From Anthoceros angustus (Eukaryota; Plantae; Anthocerotophyta): DNA of 64,000 nucleotides. The translations under genes were made by a program, and so were the position numbers. The number at the start of each line of letters is the position of its first letter. Positions within the stretch are counted from its first letter, which is position 1. Under the pieces are notes generated by a model. That model made no database searches. It was not told the origin of the DNA and was given only the letters and a program-made list of their open reading frames with translations. Positions 53,895 through 64,000 of the stretch are shown here, piece by piece. The stretch spans positions 372,001 through 436,000 of the forward strand of contig MU008167.1 of assembly GCA_010909165.1 (NCBI GenBank), written 5' to 3'.

Positions 53895-55112
53895 ATGAGG
53901 CACTTTGGGGTAGAAAGCCTAATCTGCACCATTTATGTGTCTTTGGGTCACTTGCTTTTGCGTTCATTCATGAAGCTAAGAGGGGGAAGTTAGATAATCG
54001 TGCAAAGCCTCTCATTTTTCTTGGCTACTCAGAAGAATCCAAAGCTTATAAGCTGTTTGTCCCACAGACTTCGAAAAATTACCCTTGCTCGAAGTGTGAT
54101 GTTTGAGGAGCTGTTGATGCCCAAGTCTGATCCTCATCCTGACCAGATGGATTTCTCGAGTTGGTGAAAATAATGATCAACACCGAGGAGCACCAGATGA
54201 TGAGGGCTTACCGTTTCTAGATGTTGTGGATGACGACTAGGAGTCTGATGCTTCTCAACCTCATTCTCCTCATTCTATACATGATGATGCTAATTTTCCA
54301 GATGCTGGTGATCACTCACAGGCTGCTAATGTAGTGTTGAACCACTCTAATGGTGAGGGACAGCAAGAACAAGTGTCAGACAATCCTGCACCTCTCTAAC
54401 CAGAGAACGAAGGACTCGTGAGAACTGGCTAGAGCCACTTTACTAGCCCATGGACTTTCGAAGGTCATCTGCCAATTTAACTGAACTGCATGTGCCGAAG
54501 GTGAGACCAGACCCTCAATCTTACTTTGAAGCCTTGAATGGACCAGATGGAGCTCATTGGAGAGTGTCTATCGATGATAAGTATATTTCCTTGGTGAAGA
54601 ATAAGACGTGGGAGCTGACAGATCTTCCTCTTGGACAAAAGCTGATAACGTGTAAGTGGGTCTTTAAAGCAAAGTTGAAAGAAGGCGGCACAATAGCTTG
54701 TTACAAATCCAAGTTGGTTTACGAGGTTGACTAGATACGAGCATTGATGATGGAGATACCTTTTCTCCGGTTGTTAAGCCACCTTCCAATTCTTCTTGCA
54801 ATGGCCATTGAGTTCTACTTAGAGCTACACCAAATGGATGTCATCAGACGGCCTTCCGTCATATTTGGAAGAAGTACACTACATAACGACTGAAGGGTTT
54901 GTTAGCAAGAAGTGACCTAAGAAAGTCTGCAAACTCTTGAAAACTATCTATGGCTTGAAGCAAAGCCTAAGGGCTTGGTATAAGCGGATAATAAAGTTCC
55001 TAAAGAAGGCAGGGTTTATACAATCTCTAGTTGATCCTAATGTGTTCTACCTTGCAGAAGATGGACTGTTTGTCATCTTGGCTTTGTATGTAGACAATGC
55101 GATTCTCCTTTC
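53895..55112 (+). mobile_element. Degenerate Ty1/copia pol fragment, copy 2 (duplicate of 52165-53400)
   Basis: Near-identical to copy 1 from atgaggcactttggggtagaaagcc onward; same ORF pieces (RPDPQSYFEALNGPDGAHW, KTIYGLKQSLRAWY). Confidence 0.9.
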
Positions 55113-56200
55113 CAACAGCCCTTCACACAAAAAATGCGGGGCAGCGGGAAGAGCCCGACCAAAACCACCTTGTCGAGATAAAAGAGTTCCTCAAGGACAA
55201 AGTCCTGAATATCCTACGAAACGGTGGCCCCCAGGCCTGGATGAAGGGCGCGAAGAGTGGCGATAGTCTCCTCGGAAGCTAGCGCCACCGGCTCCGAGCA
55301 AAAAGCTCGAGCAGCCCTAGCATACGAAGTACCCAGCGCAGTCCAGCAAGAGGTACCTTTTGAGACTGGCCTTCGTGGGGTCCGGACGAACCTTACCCAC
55401 TTTAGCAAAGTCCAACCGAGATCTAGCAGAGTGCTTAGCTTCCTCCTGCAAATTCTCTCAATCCCCCTCCCGGAATCGACGGAGACCAGAGGCGATCTCC
55501 TGATGACGAGGAAAACCACCTTGGGAACGATGAAGACACTACCGAGGGAGAAAAAGAAATAAGGCCCAAGCAGCCTCGTTCCGGGGATCCAGTGTGAGGT
55601 GCTCCAAGGGAAGGTGATAAGCAAGGCGGACCTCATCCCAAAGGTGCCGCGGGAGGCACCAAAAAAGGCGTGGTCCAAAGAAATGCGCTTTGTACAAGGC
55701 TAGGAGATGATCAAACTCCCCCCGCAACCAATGGTGCCAAAAAACAGCTACACCCTGGCGTACTTGCGGACATGGATCATGGCCGTGCTGGAGTCAGTGC
55801 CCGCGGCAAATGTGAGCTCAAGCCCGCGCGATCCCGCATGTGGGCATGAATTCTTGTTCGTGCGCCCTGGCGGACCCGAGAGCACCATAGAGCGCCCAGA
55901 AGCCGGGGCGCACAGGGATAGGGCCAAGTGGGCCCGCCAAGCAGTTCCAGCGCCCGGGCCCTACCGACACCCCCAAGCCTCGCCCCGCACCCTCTGCACC
56001 TGCTCACGCTGTACGCACACCTAGTCCCGTCGGACACCCTCCCTCCCCTCCTGCCGAAACCTGCAGACCTCGAGCCCCGCACCCGCTCCGCTCCTCCACC
56101 GCACCACACCTGCACCACGCCACACACCGCTCCGCTCCTCCGCCACACCGCCAATGTCTCATCCATTGTCTCCGAGCTGGCGGTGATCCATGCCTTGCGC
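55113..56200 (-). mobile_element. Degenerate non-LTR retrotransposon ORF region upstream of RT, CRE/SLACS/MoTeR-like
   Basis: Minus strand: LPRHLWDEVRLAY..DPRNEAAWALFLFLPR*CLHRSQGG..LRRFR and GTSYARAARAFCSEPVALASEETIATLRALHP, typical pre-RT blocks of CRE-clade elements. Possible degenerate C2H2 finger (YPC..RIHAHMR) further upstream. Confidence 0.6.
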
Positions 56201-56624
56201 CAGGTCATCACCGCCATATTCGGAGGCGGTCCATATCCTCCGCCTCAAAGTTGTCGTTCTCCTCCATTGCTTGCTCGTCTTCAATAGTACCATTCTTGGG
56301 CCCATGGCGGTGTGCTAGGGAGGCGGCCGCCACATCTAGCGTCTGCTGACCCTCATCCAAAAGGTTGCCAGTCGTGGTCTTCAACCTTCTGGCACTCAAT
56401 GCAACCACTTGGGCTTTAAGGCAATGCCAGCGTCTTTAAAATGAACAAAGTTAGTTGCCCATGCGCCCATGCAAGCATCCTTAAAATCAACAAAATTAAG
56501 TTGTGACAGAGATACAGATTTAGAACATGGAACCTCTTCATTACTACACTTTTTCCACAAACACTTGACCAACGGTCCCAAGTTGCAATGTCCTAATATT
56601 TATTTTCTTAAAGACAGCCTATGA

Positions 56625-56985
56625 GGAGCCCATGAGGGCGCCGGCCGGCCGGCCGCGCCATGGGCGGTGGCCGGCCGGCCATGGGCGGGCGGGCGTGTTG
56701 GGGGCTAGGGGAGGGGGGCGGCGGCCGGCGCCCATGGGCGGTGCTAGGGAGGCGGCCGGCGCCATGGGCGGGCGGGCGTGTTGGGGGCTAGGGAGGCGCC
56801 GGTGCCCATGGGCGGTGTGCTAGGGAGGCGCCGGTGCCCATGGGCGGTGTGCTAGGGAGGCGGCCGGCGCCCATGGGCGGGGTGTGCTAGGGAGGCGGCC
56901 GGCCGGCCGCGCCCATGGGCGGGGTGTGCTAGGGAGGCGGCCGGCGCCCATGGGCGGTGTGCTAGGGAGGCGGCCGGCCGGCACC
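56625..56985. repeat. Very GC-rich minisatellite, ~28-35-bp unit (ggcggccggcgcccatgggcggtgtgctagggag)
   Basis: Roughly ten variable copies; one isolated copy at ~56298-56331. Confidence 0.9.
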
Positions 56986-58040
56986 CTCCCTTAGCACCAT
57001 CCTACGACGCATGTGGGTGAAGCTAGGGGGGGGACAAGAAGGGAACGGCAGGTATCCTATCACAGATGGAAGGTGTGGCCCATTTGCAGGAAGGGTTAAA
57101 AAATTTGCGTCCATAGGTGACTGTTGAAGAGTACAAGTGGTGGGAAGCCTTTTGGGTGGACCGGAAGGAGATGGCTATCATTGTGGAGAATAACATTGGG
57201 CTAGTGCTATAGCATCCTTGGAAGTGGTTTTCACGTACAGAAGTAGATCATACAGCCTGACCACTTCAAGTGCCGGATAAAGCTTTGCTAGATGAGGCAT
57301 TATTGAGGAACCTCCCACAGCGTGATACGAACTTAGGGGCATATCAAAATGCCAGAAGGCAACAGTGGGAATGGCGCGGATGAATGGGGACATAATGGAA
57401 ATCTTGAAGGGGATGTTTCCGGCAGTGTTGTGCACTATGGACACGCATAACAGGCCATTCTGGATTGGGGAGAGTCATTGACATGAAGCTAGATGCACCA
57501 CGACCTCACTTTCTTATCCACTAGTATCGGACCGAGCACACAGATGTGTACGAAGGAAGATATGTGTAGGAATACATAGTTCGTCAGTGCAACCCATGTC
57601 CAATCTTGAGGAAAAAGGGAATAAGGTCCATTACCAAAAACATACAGGAGGTGTTTGTGAATGAAACGACCATCTGTATGGGTTTGTGTTGAGCATGGAA
57701 ACATGTGTATGCGGTGGACAAAAAGCGATAAGGGATAAGCTCTGCGAGTTGCGCGGCTTCATACAGCCTGCGAGTCAAAGTGTCGCTGAAGATAGTGATG
57801 ACAATGCTGGAGAAGCTGGACCAAGTGATGACGAAGGATTGAACTCTGGTGATGAGTGAACCTGAAATCACGAATTGTCCCGGGGTCCCAGAGTGAATGT
57901 TGAACGTCTGGTTCCAAATGTTACTGTGTTTTGGAAATACAGCAGGAACGGCCTTCCTTGCGGTTCCTACTTTGCATTAATCCCATAGGTTCGAGTTTGC
58001 AACCACCATTCGACATAAACATTGCTGGATAGAAAGTAGG

Positions 58041-58189
58041 AACTTTAGTGGGTGACACCCTTTTTTTCGGAGATGTTTTCCGGAATGCCTTAAAAACGCT
58101 GTTTTAGGGCCCATCAAAAACCCCCTTCAGAGATTGTTTAAGGAAAACCCCCTTCGAGATTATTCACCCCCTTCAAAAATTATGATGTT
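58041..58189. repeat. Dispersed ~150-bp direct repeat, copy A
   Basis: gggtg(a/g)cacccttttttt cggagatgttt..ttttagggcccatcaaaaacccccttcagagatt..cccccttcaaaaattatg also occurs at ~62235-62383. Confidence 0.85.
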
Positions 58190-59897
58190 TGTTGCATTCA
58201 TGCATAATAGAAAGTACATGCCTTTACATAGGCAAGGTTTTTGTAACCATCAAGTGTTTGTAACAACTAACCAATTAAATAACTACTAAAAGAAACTACC
58301 TAGTGCCCTAAGGATTAAATAAATTATTAAGTCTTAGATGCCCCAGTGAACAGTGCCCTATAGTAAGTTATTTTATCACTCCCACTCACTATGAACTAGG
58401 GGTGATTTTCTTACCAAAAAAAGAGTCAATAAAAACTAGTCTAGCAAAAACTAGTTCTTAACTAAGCATTAAGTAAAAACTTCTTCACTTAAAAGCATTA
58501 AGTAAAAACTTATTTCATCAATCACCATTAAAAAGCTCCCACTTAAAGAGAACTAAGGTGAGGAGCAAGTAACTCAACTTAAAGTAATTAAGTTGGATTA
58601 ATGCTAATTAAAAGTATTTAAAGGAATTTATAACTAGAAAATTCAGGAAAATAAAATAGGCTAATTTCCAAAAAAGGAAAATTCAAAAGGATAACAGGTA
58701 AGTTCCCCTTCCTTCTCATTGCGATTAAGTTTTGTTTTACATGTGGTGATGATGGCGATGGCGAGAGGCGACCATGACAAAACAAGCCTAATCCCGCCCA
58801 CGGGAGGAGGTGCCATTGTGGGGATGCCATTGCGGGGATGCCATTGTTGCGCGTTGCTCGCCAGCCTCTCTCCGTCAGCGTATACGGCGTGTCGTGTAGG
58901 TCTTCCAAGTGCCCAATTCGTCCTGGCAATGAAGAAAAGGCAGCGCCCCTACCTGCTAATGCCCCTAGTCGCGCTCCTACTGCCAGTGGAGAGTCCTCGC
59001 CTCAACATACCTTCTCTTTTCTCCAGCCTTTCAAAAAGAAGGCTCTTGGATTGATCATCGATCACGGGACGCATTTGACCCTGAAGAAGAAGTGCCCATT
59101 GTCCAGAAATATAAGATGTGCCTTCAGAAGTTGTCATGGCCACTAAGATCTACAGATTTGTGGAGTGAAATGCTGGAAATGTCCACCCAAGGGAGGGAAG
59201 CACGTTCTTGTTGATGAGGATGTGACATGGTTGACATGGTTGTGTGACATGGTTGACATGGTTGTGTGGCTGACACTTGCAGGCAGATGGGTGGAGACGG
59301 CATGGGGAGGATACGACAATGAAAAACAAACAGGAAAAAAAACAGGTGTTGTGTTCTAATTAGCTGTTATTTACTATATACATAACCTAATTTCAATATT
59401 ATGGTTTGTAACCTGGTATTTATTGTAAAATCTCTGCAGCAAATGCGGCTGTGAATACATTTTGCTTCCCCAAATGCATAAAAGATAATAACATGGGCTA
59501 CTATAAACCCGAACCACTCCCACGAGGTGACCATGAAAATAAAGTCTATATACTCACCTTAGGGTGTGGTAACAAGGGAGATGTCCCGGACTCCTACGTA
59601 TGTGAAGAAACCACTATCCATATGATTAAAGTAGCAAGTCTCCCATGTGAGGAATTCCCATGACATATCAAACATGTTTTCCGTAGGTGCCTCTACTAAG
59701 GGAATTTAGTATTTTAATTACATAAAATATCATGTTTTAAATTCTATTATTTTATTATTTTTCATAAATATTCCAGGTTCTATGTTGGCCGTCTATGAAG
59801 AGGAAGGCAGGATGACCTAAGCTATTTTGAGATAGAAGAAGAAAAATGTTCAGAAAATAGTAAGACAATAATTTTGGGCTAAGATTTTAAGGTTATC

Positions 59898-62012
59898 TTA
59901 AATCGGCCCTAAGGCTAGGGTGAGTATTAGGTTAAAGGTTTGGGCTGTGTCCATTATACCTAAACATTTCATATTCTTCCTATGTAACTCAATTCCCCAT
60001 GACTTTGTTAATAAATCAGAAGCATTATCTAAAGTTTGAACATAACTAATATCTATAGTTTTATCTTCTAACTTTTCTCTTATATAGTGATACTCAACAG
60101 CTGTATGTGTTGTTCTAGAGTGAAAAACAAGGTTTCTTGCAAGTGCAATGGTACACTGGCTATCACTAAACAAAGATATAGGCTTAAGTTGAGGATGGTG
60201 AAGTTCACTCAAAACTTTGGACCACACTATGTCTTTAGAACCGAGGTTAGTACCACATACTCAGTTGATGACAAAGCTAGAGTAGGTTGTTTCTTACTTG
60301 ACCAGGATATTGGTGCTCCTCCCAAGAGTAATACATACCCTGATACAGATTTTCATGTGTTGGGGTCACCAGCATAGTCGCCATCAGCATATATCGTTAG
60401 ATTTAATGTCTTGATAGCTGGTGTATGCTTGAACATCAGTCTTGTATACATGGTGCCTTTAAGGTATCTGAATAACAGACATCCAGTGCTCACGTCCAGA
60501 ATTCTCCAAGAATTGTGAGTAGGAGTTGACTTCAAAAGCTATATTTGGTCTCGTGAAATTACATAAATATATTAAAGTGCCAACAACATGTCGATATGGA
60601 ACTGCTGACATTTCTAGATTTCCTTCAGCTGTTTTAGGACTCAGATCTGAGGTAAGCCTAACACCACTTGCAAAAGGCGTGGGTGCCGGCTTTGCATCCT
60701 CAAGTCCAAATTTAGCTAAACTCTCCTTGATATACTTGGTTTGAACAATACTTAGGGTCTTATTACCTTTATTTCGTATAATGTTAACACCAAGTGCATA
60801 TGTCATTTCTCCTGGATCAGACATCTCAAATAGAGTCCTAAGCCATGCTTTAGTTTCGGCTAGGAGAGTAAGAGAGTTTGTTGCCATAAAAACATCATCA
60901 ACATAAAGTAGAAGATAAAATATATCATTGCGGATATTAGGATGTACATACAAGCATCACCACGGCTTTGCTTAAATCCTCTCCCAATAAGTTGTACATG
61001 TATGGTTAAATTCCAATTCTTGCTGTTGCTTAAGGCCATACAAACCTTTGATGAGTCGGCATACCCAATCTTCTTTGCCTTTGACTTGTAACCCTCGGGT
61101 TGTCTCATGTATATTTCCTCTTGCAGCCCATACAAATATCTTTGTCTTAACATCCATCATGTGGAGTTGAAGATCATGTTGGGCACATAAGGCAAATATT
61201 ATTCGAAGTGTGGCAAATTTGGCTATTGGGGCATAAGTGGCCCTAGACGAGAATTTGTGTAAAACCTCGCTACTAGGCGTGCCTTATACCTTTCTATAGA
61301 ACCATCTCCTTTTCTTTTAATTTTGAATACCCATTTCTTTGGTTACTATCTTCCTACCCCTAGGTGGTTTGACCAATTCCATGTAGAGTTATTAACTAGG
61401 GAATTATATTCAAATCTCTGACTACCTTCCATAAGTCTTTTTCAGGAGAAGAGAAAGCTTGTTTTCAGGTAAGGGGTTCTTCTATGTCTATAGTTGCCTT
61501 GTATACAGCTTGGGAATAAAGTGATACATGGGGAATAGGATCATAAAAAACAACTAGGTATCCTAAAAGAGGTTCCTTCCAACCTGTAGGACCTGAAATG
61601 GTAGGTCTGATCTGGGGTTGCACCTTTGTGCAAGTTCTTCATCTACAGGAGATGGATGTACTACAAGATCTGCTGGCTCCGCAACGTCATCCTCCAGAGG
61701 GTCATCAAACTCATCATCATGAGTGTCAACTGGCACCTCTGTTGGGATGTCAACATCAGGTTCGTCTGGTTGAGTTGTATCAGGTTGTGGAATGGATGCT
61801 AACTCCTCCTCCTTTTGCATAATAGGTTCAACTAAAGGAACACGTGAAGCAGGGATGGGAAATGGAGTGAGATAATTAGTATCATCAAAATCAGAAGGGT
61901 CAGGTGCCTCATCGAGAGAAGGATCAATCGGATCATCTCCCACTGCTTGGGAAAAGAGGTAAGACTCATGAAAAGTGACACTCCGGGCGTATATAATTTT
62001 ATCAAATTTCAA
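59898..62012 (-). mobile_element. Degenerate Ty1/copia pol (integrase tail, linker, RT, RNase H); 5' truncated
   Basis: IIYARSVTFHES, QEEIYMRQPEG, CRLIKGLYGLKQ, LLYVDDVF, PYRHVVGTLIYL..TRPNIAF, YADGDYAGD, LFSDSQCTIALARNLVFHSRTTHTAVEYHYIRE, DNASDLLTK. Frameshifted. Confidence 0.92.
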
Positions 62013-62234
62013 AATTTATTAAAATACATAGGTATATATATAAAACTAATGGATATGTATAGAACTCCCCTAAATAGGCCCTAATTTTTCACACAAACCC
62101 TAGATTCCTTATTTTCGGCATCATAAACTCATAAATTTTTACCTATTTAACATTTTAAGTATAATAATTTCTGAATTTTCAACTTTTAATAATTTTAATT
62201 AATTAAAGCCGAATCACCCCTGGGGTACGGTAGT

Positions 62235-62383
62235 AACTTTACAGGGTGGCACCCTTTTTTTCGGAGATGTTTTCCGGAACGCATAAAAAACGATGTTTTA
62301 GGGCCCATCAAAAACCCCCTTCAGAGATTATTTACGGAAAACCCCCTTCGAGATTATTCACCCCCTTCAAAAATTATGGTGTT
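62235..62383. repeat. Dispersed ~150-bp direct repeat, copy B
   Basis: Matches 58041-58189. Confidence 0.85.
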
Positions 62384-62595
62384 AGGTGTAAGCTTGTACC
62401 CTTTGTTGTATTTCGACGTATGCGTGTGTTTGCAAGATAGCACAAATCGTGTGGATAGAAGGAACCAGCTACATCTTTGAGTATGGATTGTTGTGAAGCA
62501 TGGAAACTTGATGGAGGTATGTGTTTGATAGTATGGTGATGAAATCATCCAAAACTTCATAGGGTGTAGCTAGGAACAACAACATAATGATTTTT

Positions 62596-62819
62596 TGTGT
62601 GGTGTGTTATAAAAAGATTATTGATTGATTAGCTAAAATAATCAATTGCATAAGTAGCCACGACGCACCACGGCACAACACGATAGCTGTAACAATGAAA
62701 ACACGCGGTCGTGTGTGGTGTGTTATAAATAGATTACTAATTGATTAGCTAAAATAATCAATTACATAAGTAGCCACAACGCACCACGGCACAACACGAT
62801 AGCTGTAACAATGAAAACA
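62596..62819. repeat. Tandem duplication, ~116-bp unit x2
   Basis: tgtgtggtgtgttataaa..attgattagctaaaataatcaatt.cataagtagccac.acgcaccacggcacaacacgatagctgtaacaatgaaaaca occurs twice. Confidence 0.9.
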
Positions 62820-64000
62820 TGGCGTTCGTGTTGTGGAAGACCACATGTACACTAACCCCCCTCTGAAGTGTCGGGATGAACGATTTGTTTTGTTTTGGGT
62901 GTGTTTGTTTGGCAAAGTGCTTTGAGAATCGCCTGGGTAAGGTCTTTTATACGGGAATGGTCCTTGGCCCTTGGTGATAATAATTTTCTTTTTTTCGGAC
63001 CTTAGGTTTCGACCCCGGATAGGTAGGTCGGAAATAGAGTCCTTGGGTTTTGGTAATTTTAGAAATAAGAAAGTGTCTATATATGCTAGGTGCCTACATC
63101 CTGCTGCTGTGCCAAGAGGGAGGTGGCCCACCACGGTCAAGAACGGACGATGCACTGTGGGAGTTTACAACCCCTAGTGGCGGAGGAGGAGGAGGAGCGC
63201 AATCGAGAGAGGACACACCCAAAGACCGCGAGGTCGCGAATTTCCGTGCCAGACGCCGAGTGAGCCGCAAAGTTGGGCGCATGCTACAATTGAGGAGCTT
63301 CAAGATGAGGTCTCGCGAGTCCGAGGCGGTGGAAACAATGTCACCTCTGAGAAATTCAAGAAGGTGGCGGAGAGATACAAGCGGGAGAGAGGCTAGGGCC
63401 GAGTCTGCTACTGTAGAAGGCGAGAACAAGGTGGCGGAGGAAGGAAACCAGAATTAGCGAAGGAGGAAAGAAGCCGCTGAGGCAAGAGGGCCAGCGCAAA
63501 GAGGGGTGGAAGAAGCGTGCAAGGGTGGTGTTCCCTTTTTCGACCAGCGCAGTGGGTCGAGTTTTTCTGGGAAACAAGGAGAAGGAGATGGCGCCCGAGC
63601 CGCGAAATCCCACCATGCAGCGGCCCAACATGGACCACTGGAAGGTGAGAGCCGGCACCGGTGTGGAGAATTTAATTTATGGAGAAGAAATGGTGTTACG
63701 ACACCAAAGATTGGTGCAAGAGTGAGCCGGCAATTGAGAACCAGGTCGCAAGAGGGCGACGCGAGGAAGAGGCCGCAAAACTGGATTTGGGGCTCTTTCG
63801 AGCAAGGTATGGCGAAGCATCGAGGATGGAAGCTTGGTAATTGACCCCAGAGAAAGAAGACCCCGAGAGTGCTACCATGAAGCCGGGAGAAGTGAGGGTG
63901 AACAATGGATGGGTGACTCGCCAACTCGTGTTCACAGGTGGTGGGATTGGCCAAGTGGATTTTGTGTTTCGTAACCGAAGTTGGATCATATGGCGCACTA

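Noticed and set aside
63050-64000. Purine-rich ORF fragments at the window end
   Set aside because: Interrupted by stops in all frames and truncated by the window edge; likely TE-derived but unassignable.

Overview
Eukaryotic nuclear DNA from a compact land-plant genome. Genes are about 50% GC and most introns are about 80-130 bp. The retained CER1/3-type gene and TRN1-like relic point to a non-seed plant such as a hornwort or lycophyte (inference only). Eight intact-looking protein genes: SAC9 phosphoinositide phosphatase (+), a divergent N-terminally short SPIKE1/DOCK-like protein (-), a CER1/CER3-family wax alkane enzyme (+), a NAT9-like GNAT acetyltransferase (+), plastid elongation factor G (-), an intronless Claspin/Mrc1-like acidic protein (+), a HAL2/AHL-like PAP phosphatase (+) and a CKL/IBS1-like CDK-related kinase (+). 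Also present: tRNA-Ile(UAU), a decayed tRNA-Arg, a TORNADO1-like COR fragment, a Tourist/PIF-type MITE with TTA TSD, a chromovirus (Ty3/gypsy) relic, and a TE-rich right end (51.9-64 kb) with two copia relics, a CRE-clade LINE relic, a 1.7-kb tandem duplication and several tandem repeats. The best candidates for new biology are (1) the SPIKE1 paralog, which appears to lack both DHR1 and the catalytic V-N-x-G nucleotide-sensor loop (possible pseudo-GEF), and (2) the CER1/3 protein, which keeps both the CER1 His boxes and the CER3 reductase motifs. Homology calls rest on motifs recognised by eye and recalled reference sequences; no searches were run. Exon boundaries were inferred from GT/GC-AG signals and reading frame.
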